Shown: positions 1-11,772, counted from the stretch's first letter. The stretch is 64,000 nt of DNA from Octopus vulgaris (GCA_951406725.2 OX597839.1:40424001-40488000); one strand, 5' to 3'. Numbers and translations are program-made. Notes: generated from the sequence alone by a model not told the origin.

Positions 1-51
1 CAAGTGTAGAAAAGAATGTGTGTGTGTGTGTGTGTGTGTGTATGATTAACT

Positions 52-204
52 TCTACACAATTTCCAACAGCCGAATTCATTAAAAATTATCAGAAGACCT
101 GGAGCTAAAGTAAAAGACACTCGCATAAGGTGCCGTGCTGTGAGGATGAACACGGAACCACGTGTTTGTAAGGCGACCTCATTAATCACACAGTCACACC
201 TGCG

Positions 205-206
<2 letters not shown>
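52..206 (-). mobile_element. SINE family A, degenerate 5' portion
   Basis: Diverged match to the head of the 38858-39268 copy (e.g. cacacagtcacacctgcg vs cacacagccactcctgcg). Confidence 0.65.
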
Positions 207-255
<49 letters not shown>

Positions 256-322
256 ATTATTGTTTTTTTTTTAACGAATAAGGAAAGTGACACAAATTAC
301 AAATTTAATTATGAAATATAAT

Positions 323-765
323 TGTTTTATTATTACCCACAAGGGGCAAACATAGAGGGGACAGTACAACCTGATGTGGGGTTAGATTAACGAATGGGTT
401 TACAAAAAAGGCGAATTTTAAAATTTACAAAAATTACAAAATAGCAAAAAATTGAATGATGAACAGACCGGAAGACATTACGGATGGAGTGGGAGCGGGT
501 TTAGCTCGGACCCCACGAGCCCCGCCTCACCACTGATACTTTGGTTTCGTCTTGTTTTACATTTATGTGGTATCATTCACACGCAACTTTCGTGCTACAT
601 CCTTCCATCTTTCTTCATACCCTTTCTTAGTCAGGCATTTTCTCTCCAGCCCTATCTTGCTTTTCAGGTGAAAGATGAAGTAATTCATCAAACCAGGGTC
701 GGAGATGAACTTGCCTGACCGTAAACCTTTCATTCTCGTCTTCCATATCACCTCTTTCGCAATTG
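323..765 (-). mobile_element. 5'-truncated L1/Tx1-like LINE 3' end with 18-bp target-site duplication
   Basis: TTAATTATGAAATATAAT at 305-322 and 766-783 flanks the insert. Minus ORF 563-751 (IWKTRMKG...HLKSKIGLER...YEERW) resembles L1/Tx1 ORF2 C-termini and is followed by a 3' UTR ending in an A-rich tail. Clade assignment is by recall. Confidence 0.65.
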
Positions 766-1044
766 TTAATTATGAAATATAATATATACCAAAATTGCCT
801 TAGGAAAGTTGTGGTGAGGAACGAAGAGAAGATATCACACTTCCCAGAAACATGCAAGCCGAATAAAAATCATGCGAACAGAAACAGCAGCCTATTCTCC
901 CTAAATTTTGATTTTACTGTTTAAAAAAATAAATAAAAATGTTAATGTTGACCTAAATATTTCTACAGCGACAGGGTGGTCACAAGTGATATTAATCCAG
1001 TTTAAAGAACAGCAAGCGTCGGGAAGAATAATTTGCAGTACTTG

Positions 1045-1145
1045 TTCCAGCTCTCGGCGATCCGAGTTCGAACCCTGCCGAAGTCGGCTTTGTCTTCTAT
1101 CGCTCTGAGACTGGAAAATAAAATACCATTCAAATACGCACTCGC
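1045..1145 (+). mobile_element. SINE family B, degenerate fragment
   Basis: ccgagttcgaaccctgccgaagtcggctttgtcttc resembles the B-box region ctgagttcaaattccgccgaggtcgactttgcctttc. Confidence 0.5.
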
Positions 1146-1600
1146 TCTTTCTTCACTGTCTATCTGTTTGACGCTGTTTTTCCCTCTTTATCTCTCCCTC
1201 TCCCCTCCTCTCTCCCCTCTTCTCTCTCTCCTCCTCTCTCTCCCCTCCTATCTCTCTCTCTCTCTTTCTCTCTTTCTCTCTCTCTCCCTCCCTCTCTCTC
1301 TCTCTCTCGCGTGTCTATTGAGATTTGTTATTGGTTGGCAGATACTAGCACAGCACAGCGAATCTATTGTTCAATGAAATTATAAAAAAGTGTATCAGCT
1401 CCTGTCAGATGTATTGGTTCTGGGCACATCAGGCAGACGAGACGCAACGCTATCCAAACACCGCCTATCCTTGAATTCCCTGTACCAATGCTTCAAATGT
1501 ATTATGAACACATATTCGTCATAACGGAGAAGCTATTCTACTGTGACAAAACACACCAGCAATCAACATATTTGTATTCGAATCTGCCAGGACCTATTTG

Positions 1601-1945
1601 TTTTCAAATTTTGGCACAGGGCCAGCAATTTCGGGCGAGGGACTAAGTTGACTAAAACGGACCCCAATGCTCAATCAGTACTTACTTTATCGACCCCGAA
1701 AGGATGAAAGCCAAAGTCGGACCGCGGCGAAATTTGAAATCATAACGTGAAGCATTTCGCCTGACGTGTTAACCCCCTTAATCTACCAGAACATATTCCT
1801 TTCTACTCAAGGCAAAAGGCCTGAAATTTTTGAGGAGGGGGCCAGTCGATTAGATCGATCCCAGAGCACAACGTCGACCTCAGCGGAATTTTAACGTGAG
1901 TATTTGGCCTGGCGTGTTAACCTTTCTGCCACCTTAATCTGCCAG
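1601..1945 (-). mobile_element. Two adjacent SINE family B copies
   Basis: atcgaccccgaaaggatgaaag...gcggcgaaatttgaa core and tail ggcacagggccagcaattt; a second copy starts at ~1795. Confidence 0.8.
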
Positions 1946-1956
1946 AACATATTAAG

Positions 1957-2333
1957 AACAAGAACACTCAAAGAGCGGAAATCTCTGCTAAAGCAACATC
2001 AATGTTCTCTCAACGATTAGCCAGAGATGATTTTTTTTTTTTTATGAGAATATCTGAAATAAACTCGACTGCTCTCACAAACAAGAACACCAAAAATGAA
2101 CCCAACCGCTCTCAAAAATTAAATAAAAGAACAGGAAAAATAATCCAGAATCCTTGTCCGGTACCAGATCAATCCTAAAATCTAATCGGTTCGTGCCAGT
2201 CACGAGGCCAAACAGCCCAGAAGTTTTCATCTGAATCCATCCAGCGGTTCTTGAGATATTTTGTTCGCGGACAGACAAGCAAACGAACACAACTGAAAAC
2301 AATACCTCCGGCTTCGCGAAGGCGGACGTAATA
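1957..2333 (-). mobile_element. Non-autonomous Helentron/DINE-1-like element (family D), apparently full length
   Basis: On the minus strand the 5' end is ttattacgtccgccttcgcgaagccggaggtattg (subterminal hairpin) and the 3' end is gctttagcagagatttccgctctttgagtgttcttgtt (degenerate subTIR plus hairpin). The body matches 4206-4465. Confidence 0.65.
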
Positions 2334-2770
2334 AATATGCAAACCATCGTCTTGAATCACGCTGATCACGCAGCACATGAAGATTTAATAAAGATTTAAG
2401 TTTCCTCAGCAAAGATGGACACTGTAAGGGATTATTATAACTTCAAATTTCTCCATTGACGATATTGTGGCTCCTTCGTTAGTTCAATTTGATTGAGGTC
2501 CTATTAAGTGGTAAAGATTAATCATTGCTCAGTGTAAGCTTAAAAAAGATTAAGGATCAATGTCAAGTTATAACCCCTCCAACATGTTTTGTTTATTTAT
2601 TTATTAAATCATTCATTTTGTTTGGGGTTTTGTTTTTGGAAAACATGGAACATTTTTTTTTTTCAAATATTTTTTTTCTCTTAAAAGTGTTTCCATAAAA
2701 CATCAAAGCAAATTCTTTTCCCAAAGAATCATCATAAAATATATGAACGCAAATATATACATATACATAC

Positions 2771-2843
<73 letters not shown>

Positions 2844-2958
2844 ATGTGTGTGTGTGTATGAATTGAGTTTTTATGTACATATATATACATATATATATAT
2901 GTATGTATATCTACATGTTTATGTGTATACATATGAATATATGTATACGTATGTATGA

Positions 2959-3010
<52 letters not shown>

Positions 3011-3572
3011 GTGTGTATGTATGTATATGTGTGTGTATGTATATATATTTGTATACTTATGTATATATAAATGTATGTATGCGTGTATGTTCGTGCACGC
3101 GCGTGTGTAAATATATATGCACAAACAAAATGGTGGCTTTTTTGTACAGGAAAGACAGAATAGATTGAAATGGGGGGGGAGGAAAGATAAATAATAATAT
3201 AGAAAAATAAACACAAAAATAAATAAAGACGAATTGCTATTTATGATTTTTTACTTTATATTTTTTTTTTATTCTTATTATCATTTTATTCATTTTCGGA
3301 AAGAGGAAAAAGAAAGGAAAAAACCTTGAGATTTTATTCAATAAATTGCTTTTAGCATGTCAGTGACGTTTAACTGAATCTTCTCCACCTGTCGATGGTT
3401 CACTTCAGGTTAAGGGAATTTTAAAATGGCGTCTATATATGTTGCATTGCATTTGGAATGACATTCATTGAATATACATGGGTTTGAGCGTGAATGTGGC
3501 GCCTGCGCGTGCGTGAATGTTGTAGACGAGTGGTATGTGTGTGTATGTGTGTGTGCGTGCGTGTATTCTTGC

Positions 3573-3625
<53 letters not shown>

Positions 3626-3809
3626 TAAAATGGCGTATGTGTGGAGTGTATTTTTGCCTGAATGTACTTGTGTGCATGAAAGTGGTATGTATGTGTCAGT
3701 GGTTTTGTATGTAGGAATGAGGTGTGTGAGTGTTGGTGTTTGCGTACGCGTGAATGTGGTGTGGCAGTGTAGCTTGTGTGTATGTATGTGTTTCTGCGTG
3801 TATATATAC

Positions 3810-3849
<40 letters not shown>

Positions 3850-4205
3850 ATGTTTATGTATGTGTATCGCCTGTATGCGTTCGTGCTTATACGAGCGTGA
3901 ATTCGGTGTGTATGTGTGTGTACGTTTGTGTGTTTATGTGTGCGTTTCTTCGTGAATGTGGCGTTTGTGGGCGTATGTGTGTATATCCGTTTTCGTTTCA
4001 ACATGTGTGTGTATTTGTGTTAGCATGAACGCGGCCTATTTGTATGTGCTTATGAATGCATCATGTGTGTTGTGTGTGTGTTTGTTTTTTATGTGGGAGT
4101 TTCTAAGCGTGCGTATGTATGTCTACGTAAGTGTGATACATATTACTAATGCGTTTATGTCCATGCGTATATATATATATATATACGTATGAGTACCTCT
4201 GTCTT

Positions 4206-4465
4206 TATTACCTCCGCCTTAGCGAAGATGGAGGTATTGTTTCAGTCGTGATTGTTTTGTCCATGGACAAGATATCTCAAGAACCGCTGGATGGATTTGG
4301 ATGAAACTTTCAGGGATGTTTAGCCTCCTGTCTGGAACAAACTGATTAGATTTTGGGATCGATCTTGTACCGAACAAGGATTCTGGATTATTTTTCCTGT
4401 TTTTTTTTTTATCGTACTTAATTTTCGTGAGCGGTTGGGTTCATTTTTTAGTATTCTTGTTTGTC
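4206..4465 (+). mobile_element. Helentron/DINE-1-like element (family D), 3'-truncated
   Basis: ttattacctccgccttagcgaagatggaggtattg...atctcaagaaccgctggatggatt...ggattctggattattttt is the reverse-complement match of 2075-2333. Confidence 0.7.
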
Positions 4466-4771
4466 AGTACCCTGTATGAGTACCTATCCAGGGTAACGGA
4501 AAGGCGACAACCTTCAAGGAAATCCGGAGTGGAGCCCCGTAGGCGGTTTAATATTCGATTCGACACTCTTCCGGCAGCTCCTGCAACTAAGCTGGTGCCA
4601 AACATAATGCTCTGCACTCTTTTGGACTACGTCAGCAAGGTCGAGAGAGGAATCCTGACGATTGAGCTACCCAGGATTTTCTTACTTCTTGCCCAGGCCT
4701 GCGCAAACCTGGAGAGGACACTTCAGTTTGCGCAACTCCATTGTCTCCTGGCACAAAAGGATACCAGCAAT
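4466..4771 (+). mobile_element. RTE-type LINE 5' UTR fragment
   Basis: aaatccggagtggagcccc...cttccggcagctcctgcaactaagctggtgccaaac...tgcccaggcctgcgc...ggagagg resembles RTE-clade 5' UTRs (recall, unverified). Confidence 0.55.
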
Positions 4772-4995
4772 GTATGTATATATATATATATATAAAATAA
4801 AATACCTTTATTTTATTATTTTTTGATATGCTGGCCATTGATAAAATTTTTTTCTCGAAAAAAATTTTATCCTACATTAGTTATATATATATATATATAT
4901 AAGTGTGTCTGTATGTATATATGTGTGTATATGTATGTATGTGTGTATATGTATGTATATGTGTATATGTATATATGTGTGTATATATATGTATG

Positions 4996-5078
<83 letters not shown>

Positions 5079-5083
5079 ATATA

Positions 5084-5224
5084 TAAGGTTGTCCCAAAAG
5101 TTCGTAGAAAGTCTTGGAAAATAATGCTCTTTATTTTGAGGAATAATTTTTGTTGTTCTTGTTAGTACTTGGCGAGTAAAAATTCAATTTTCGCAAGTGT
5201 TTACGAACTTTTGGGACAACCTAA
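5084..5224. mobile_element. Tc1/mariner-type MITE (141 bp)
   Basis: TIRs AGGTTGTCCCAAAAGTTCGTA (5086-5106) and TACGAACTTTTGGGACAACCT (5202-5222); TA on both sides. Confidence 0.85.
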
Positions 5225-5502
5225 TATATATGTATTATGTGTATATATATATGTTTGTGTGTCCTCAAGTAATGGCTGGAATGCTACAACAACTGCATTG
5301 AAGTCAGAGGGTCCTACTATGTAGGAGATTAGAGTCTTTTATAGTTCTTTGAACTTAATAAGTGCCTTTCTTGAAAACCTTTAAAATTTGTACGTATATT
5401 GACACGAAAATTGGATTAAGGTATATATTTTTCCCCCAATAAATTACTTTATGGACCAAACTTGTATTATTTAATAATTGCTAATATTGAAATATCATCC
5501 CA

Positions 5503-5705
5503 AGGTGGCGCCCTGGCAGAATCGTTAGGATGGGGGCCCAAACTGTTTAGCGGCATTTCGTCTGTCTTTATGCTCTGAGTTCAAATTTGTCCATGTACTT
5601 TTTCTTTCTGTTGGGGTGGAGAAATAAAGTATCTGTTGAGCAGTGGGGTCGATATAATCCACCTACTTCCTTGCTGAACTTGAGCCAACATTTCAAATCA
5701 ATATT
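5503..5705 (+). mobile_element. SINE family B, degenerate
   Basis: aggtggcgccctggcagaatcgttag head; ctgagttcaaatt B box; ggggtcgatataatc. Confidence 0.75.
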
Positions 5706-6720
5706 AAATATTATTTTATGCTGAAGTTTGTTGTAATCTGCTGGACTGAATTTATATTAAAAATTATTTGGTTTAACGTTGCTCTATACATAAAATATAT
5801 TTACAAAATAATAGATTCAGAAAGATCTCTGTAAATTGTCGCACATATTTTATACGTACTACAAATTTTATGTTACAATAAAATTTATCGAGTAGATAAA
5901 AAATAAAAAATATATATGTACCAAAAATTATTTTTTTAAAAGTTACATATGATTTGTAGTATTTATTTTACATAAAAATTATTCTGCGGTTAAAATTGTT
6001 CTATTGATGGAAATATATTACAAATAATATGCCTTAAAACCATTTTTACGATTTTTAGGATATATTTTCTTTATCCAAAAATTTTTTCTGCATTTATAGT
6101 TGATCTATAATTATAAATATTTTACCAAAAATTATTTATATAGATTTATTCATAGAAAAGATAGATATTGCCAACAGAAGTGTGAAGCTAGGAACTAAGA
6201 TTTCTGAATTTAGGTCCTGAGACAAAATCAATCAAAATAATATATATTTTTCTTTTCAACTCCGTTCTTTGTTTTTCGAACACGTAATTACTATAATGAG
6301 TATTTCCCTCCTGTATAAATATATATACATAACTACATGCCAATTTTTTTATTGGGCAGATATGGTACTTTTTCACTTTTTACCATAAGAGAAAATTTAT
6401 TTTCCATGGTAACTGCAGTGAATTTGCTCTCAGAATTTGAAAAATGTCACTAGCATACTCAAAGAAACTTAAAGTTCGTAGAGAGAGAGATTCGGAGGAT
6501 TGTTTCGGTTGAATGGTAGAACGCCTGTCATGCTTTCGAAAGATGTGAGTTCCTATCCTGTGGAAAGCTTTCGATTCTTCCGCCCCAAAATATTTTAAAG
6601 ACAACGTTTGCGTGCCATAATTATTAGTTTTATTTACTTCGAATTTCCCCTTCTTCAACGGATTGCATGTGTGTATGTATGTATGTATGTATGTATGTAT
6701 GTATGTATGTATGTATGTAT

Positions 6721-7190
6721 GTTCTGTTTCTCGTTTTAATTTAGAGTAAGTTTTAACCAGCAACCTACTTGATAGTAAGGCTGTGAAAGAAAGCCCCTTA
6801 TTTTTTTCATTATCCTTTAAATCCTATGAATGTCTTGCAGATGTTTTTAATCCCAGTTGTCGTGAACATTTGTAGCGTATGAATTAAGGATTTGAATTCT
6901 CTCCCCAAGATCCCATGTTCAACCATACTTTGCCCCAGACAGGTTGTTATGTATCCTGTTACTCCAATAATAACAGGTATGAAACTGAAACTGCATCTTG
7001 GATACGGGATTAGTAAGCATCTCATCAATGGTCCTTAGATGTCCTCTTTCTCTTGTATTTTTCTAATCGCATTCATGTCCAGAAAACAGCTGATTTCCTC
7101 AACAGAACATATCTATTGCTTGTGGTACCACGTAGCGATATCTGGCCGGTTGTGTTTTAAATTAGTGGATGGTTTATTTTTTAAGTTCTC
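6721..7190 (-). mobile_element. R4/Dong-like non-LTR retrotransposon 3' fragment (restriction-like endonuclease domain, disrupted)
   Basis: Minus frame reads KHNRPDIATW...EEISCFLDMNAIRKIQEKEDI*GPL...FIPVIIGVTGYI...ICKTF with two internal stops. RPD...E...K is the RLE motif. The 3' UTR ends at (GTAT)n 6667-6720. Confidence 0.75.
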
Positions 7191-7197
7191 CCAAAGT

Positions 7198-7450
7198 GTG
7201 TACGTATGGTCGGGCATGTGGAAGAGAGTGTAATACGGAAGGAGGACTTAAACGACATGCAAAGGTACAACTACAGTTACAACTACAGTTACAACTACAG
7301 CCGGCTATTACCAGTAACGGTTTTAGTTGCCAATTCTGTACAAGACATTGTAGATCTTTAGCCGGGCTAAAAAGTCACATTCGATCACAGCACCAGTAGC
7401 AGTTAAGCTTCGTGCAATGGCCATACTCGATAACGAGTGGGCAGTCATAA
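7198..7450 (+). mobile_element. RTE-clade LINE 3' end (C2H2-like fingers plus 3' stem-loop)
   Basis: CGRECNTEGGLKRH and CQFCTRHCRSLAGLKSHIRSQH, then stop, then short UTR with CTCGataaCGAG hairpin. Confidence 0.7.
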
Positions 7451-7949
7451 CATACGTTCGAACGTACGTATGTATGTATATCGCTTAAACAAACTGTCTC
7501 ATGTATAGATGCATCTTCCACATTTATACGAACGCAGACACGCATATTTGTATATAAATATCCATAAGTGCATTTCGATGTTAACGTCTTAGAAGAATGA
7601 CATATATTTATTATTTATTTATTTCACTATTTATAGAACGGAAGGCTCAGACCCGTAAATTGTGGAAATACAAGAACGAACGTAAGTTCTATAAATCAAG
7701 TTCCCAAGACAAAGATTTATTGTCACGCCATTTTAGCTTACGTGCTTAAAATCTCCTTTCTTCGTATTTTGCTACAGAAATCATTTCTGCTTGTTTGCTG
7801 CTTTGGTTCATTTGTTTTTATTTATTTTATTTCGTTATATTTTGATTGTGTTTTATTTCTGTTAGTTTTTCATTTTCCGTTAATCCATAAAAAAGTATAG
7901 CCATGCTGACTTTAATAAATGGCGCGTCCGAAAAACCATAATAATGGGT

Positions 7950-8296
7950 CCAAGTTTTGGCACTAGGTTGGCAATTAGGGAAATTCATAGTGGATTACAT
8001 CGCCCCTAATATTTGACACGTTAATTAATTCATCGACCCCCCACCACCACCACCAAAAAAAAGATGAAAGGTAAATAATAATCATTTCTATTATGAGCAC
8101 GGCGCCTGAAATTTTAGAGGGAAGGCGCTAGTCGATTGCATTGAACCCACTGCTCAACTGGTACTTATTTTATCGACCCCGAAAGGATAAAAGGCAAAAT
8201 TGCCCTCGGCAAAATTTGAACTCAAAACGTAGCGACAGACGAAATGCCGATTAGTATTTTGCCTGGCGTTATAACGCTTCTGCCAATCTCGCCACC
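7950..8296 (-). mobile_element. SINE family B (partial copy plus near-complete copy)
   Basis: aactggtacttattttatcgaccccgaaagg...aatttgaactc...ctgccaatctcgccacc. Confidence 0.85.
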
Positions 8297-8298
8297 AA

Positions 8299-8384
<86 letters not shown>

Positions 8385-8400
8385 TAATAATAATAATATT

Positions 8401-8842
8401 TGATGGGCTACAGCAAATATTCTGCTCAATACCACAGATTTGCTTGTCAGTTGTTTGACTTTAACCAGTTGACCATGTCTCTTAGTGGCTGACAATATGT
8501 GCATCTCTGATCATGAGCAGAAGTAGTGGGGGAGCATCATGGCCATGTGTTGGGAGGGATTATTTGGGGCTTAAATAATTCACCTCTGGAAACAGGTGTT
8601 TCATTCAATATACCTTAAACAACCCTTATTCTGGGCTACTCGACCAGAAGAAAATTCTAATTGGGCCCCACCTGTAAGGTCATGTGTTGTTTATCTTGAT
8701 ATGAAATCCCCATGTCGCGCACATATGATTGTGATACATGTGCCTGGTGTACCCTTATCAGATAGGTAGTCATGATGGGTATACTGGGCTTCGTAAATTT
8801 TACCCCAGTGTCACTTTGATGGCATGCACTGCTCTCTCACTC
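8401..8842 (+). mobile_element. Family C element inside (TAA)n, copy 1
   Basis: High similarity to 45041-45515; (TAA)n on both sides; ends CTCACTC|AATAAT. Confidence 0.85.
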
Positions 8843-8859
8843 AATAATAATAATAATAA

Positions 8860-9110
8860 TTTTGCCACAAGGGCAGAAATTTTGGGGGAGGGGATGTTTC
8901 GATTACATAGGCCCCAGTATTTAACTGGTGCTTATTCTATCGACACCGAAAGGATGAAAGGCAAAGTCGACCTCGGTAGAATTTGAACTCAGAGGTTAAA
9001 GACGGAAAAATACCGCTCAGCATTCTCTCAGAACTTGAACCCAGGACGTAAGGAGCCACAAGAAATTCAAATAAAGATTTTGCCCACCGTGCTAACAATT
9101 CTGCCAGCAT
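8860..9110 (-). mobile_element. SINE family B copy plus extra head fragment
   Basis: atcgacaccgaaaggatgaaaggcaaagtcgacctcgg; gctaacaattctgccagc. Confidence 0.8.
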
Positions 9111-9431
9111 ATCTTTGAATCGGAATGAAACGTAGTTAAAATTTCGTCAACCTCTGTGAATATCAACAACCTTTGAATGCGCTTCTCAAAACGGACCTTG
9201 ACTACGTTTTCGAATAATTCTATTACACAACATAATGTTAGTCTCATCCAAAACAAGGTTCTGGTATGTTTGTGTGTGTATGCGTATACATACATACATA
9301 AACACATGTATACATATATATATACGTCATACATTGCTACCTTTTATTTTTATCTCACTCTTTTCATTTTAATTTATCTCTATCTACTTGTCTGTCTGTC
9401 TGTCTATCTGTATCTCTCATGTGTGTGTGTC

Positions 9432-9519
<88 letters not shown>

Positions 9520-10228
9520 CATATATATGTGTGTGTGTGCGTGTATGTGTGTGTATGTATGTGTGTGTGTCTGTGATTGTGCGCGTGTGTGTTTGTGTAT
9601 GTGTGTACGTGTGTATACGTATATACAGACACGCATATTTACTTCATTAGCTCTCTCTTCTCCCCTATCTCTCCCCCTTTTTGTCTTCGCTACTTTCACT
9701 TTCACTTTCTCTTTCACCTCTATTCTTCTACCTGTCACCCATCTCCAGTACACATTGTCATTTAATAGAACCACACAATAAACACAAGAGGGAGAGGTAG
9801 AAGAGAGGATATCAAATGCTTGATATCCTATCTCGTAATTAAGTTTAAAATAATGGACTTTCTCTGCAATATTCGCTCAGGAATTGTATGTCGTCTGCTA
9901 ATTGACAAGTGAACAAAATGCCTTCGGAAATAATAGCTTCTGTCCCCACTCAAACACACGAAGTTGCATTCATGACATTACTCGACATATTAGTAACCAT
10001 AGCTAAATTTCCCCCTCAACTGATACAATTATAATTCGAGTTGTTGATGCCAGAAGAATTTAGAATTTTCGAGAGAATGTGAAATAATTCGGGGTTTTTT
10101 TTTTTTTTTGTTTTTTAGGAGTGTTGAGTCTCGAAGCAAATAAAGCTAAAATGAATAGCGTGTGATTATTTGGTAAACAAATCGTTGGAATGAAAAGTGG
10201 AAGGATGAAGGCAATCTTCGAATTTGTC

Positions 10229-10638
10229 TTTACTCCTTTACTCATTTACTTGTTTCAGTCATTTGAGTGCAGACATGCTGGAGCACTGCCTTTAGTCAAG
10301 CAAGTCGACCCTAGGACTTATTCTTTGTAAGCCTAGTACTTATTCTATCAGATCTTTTGCCAAACCGCTAAGTTACGGGGACCTAAATACACCAGCATCC
10401 GTTGTCAAGTGATGTTGGGGGGAACGAACACAAACACACAAACACACACACACATATATAAATACATACATATATACGTCGGGCTTCTTTCAGTTTCCGT
10501 CTACCAAATCTACTCACAAGGCTTGGTTAGCCCGAGGCTATAGTAGAAGACACTCGCCCAATGTGCCACGCAGTGGGACAGAACGCGGAATCATGTGGTT
10601 GGTAAGCAAGCTACTTACCACACAGCCACTCCTGCGCC
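10229..10638 (-). mobile_element. SINE family A, full length
   Basis: Reverse complement of the 38858-39268 copy: tRNA-like head, internal (CA/TA) tract, TTTACTC-type tail repeats. Confidence 0.9.
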
Positions 10639-10685
10639 TTTATATATACTCCTTACCACACAGCCACTCCTTCGCCTATGTCCAA

Positions 10686-11065
10686 AGGCGTGCTAACGTT
10701 TCTGCCAGCTCGCCGCCTTAATATTCTTTCTACTCTAGGCACAAGGCCTGAAATTTTAGGGTGGAGGGAACCATTCGATTACATCGACTCCAGTGCGTCA
10801 CTGATATTTATTTTATCGACCCCGAAAGGATGAAAAGCAAAGTCGACCTCAGAAATATAAGACAGACGAAATATCGCTAAGCATTTCGCCTGGCGTACTA
10901 ACGATTCTGCAAGGTCGCCGCCTTATGATCTCGAAAACATTAATAACTAAGAACTACAAGCAATGCCCACACCGATGGCATTTGAACTCAGAACGTTAGG
11001 TCGGAAGAAATCCCGCTAAGCATTTCTTCCGGTACGATAACGATTCTCCCAGCTCACTGCCTTAT
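10686..11065 (-). mobile_element. Cluster of SINE family B pieces (head fragment, full copy, partial copy)
   Basis: Three occurrences of the aacg(t/a)ttct..cagctc head motif; core at 10812-10850. Confidence 0.8.
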
Positions 11066-11637
11066 TAACAGCATGAGGATACCGTCAACCATTGGTTAAG
11101 TTTAAAAGCCTCACGCATACAAGGGCTCTGTTGTCCCCTGTATATAGAAGCAAGAAATTAAGTTCAAAATAAAACAAGAGTGAATGGGCAGGGACCCGGC
11201 AGCGATAGATAGAATACCCTGCAATATTTTCCCGCTTCTTGGCGACTCGGGTTCAAATCCTGAAGGGGTTAATTTTGTCGTCCACACTTTCGAAGTTGGG
11301 AGGAAAAATTTAACAACACAGACCAGTGCTGTAGAGGAACGGAGCCGTTATTCTAAGTTATACTCTTAATCCAAACAGACTGGGTGATCATGGTTGGAAC
11401 GTAGCCGGCGGTAATCTGATATCTTAGTCTGATAACGTGTATCAATGACAAATATACGATGATTCAAACGAAATTTCTAAAAATGGAGTATGTAGTCCTA
11501 AGGGAAAGAAAGTTTCGTGTTTGAATAAACAGAAAAGATAAAGAAACATAATTAGATTTAACTGATAACAGTTCTTGTTTAATATCAATTATTAATACGG
11601 TCATGCATACATACGCTTATATACACGTACATATATT

Positions 11638-11662
11638 TCTATCTATCTATCTATCAATCTAC

Positions 11663-11734
<72 letters not shown>

Positions 11735-11772
11735 TTATCTATCTATCTATCTAGCTGTCTATCTATCTATCT
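11638..11772. repeat. (TCTA)n microsatellite
   Basis: Direct reading. Confidence 0.95.

Noticed and set aside
7169-7399. Possible host C2H2 zinc-finger gene
   Set aside because: No TGEKP linkers. Finger style, immediate stop and short hairpin UTR fit an RTE LINE 3' end, and the start overlaps another LINE fragment.
4466-7450. Single RTE element spanning the 5' UTR fragment and the 3' zinc-finger fragment
   Set aside because: The intervening 2.4 kb contains no RTE endonuclease/RT remnants, only unrelated repeats
9806-9829. 10-bp perfect hairpin AGGATATCAA-atgc-TTGATATCCT
   Set aside because: Too short for a pre-miRNA, and plausible by chance in 64 kb
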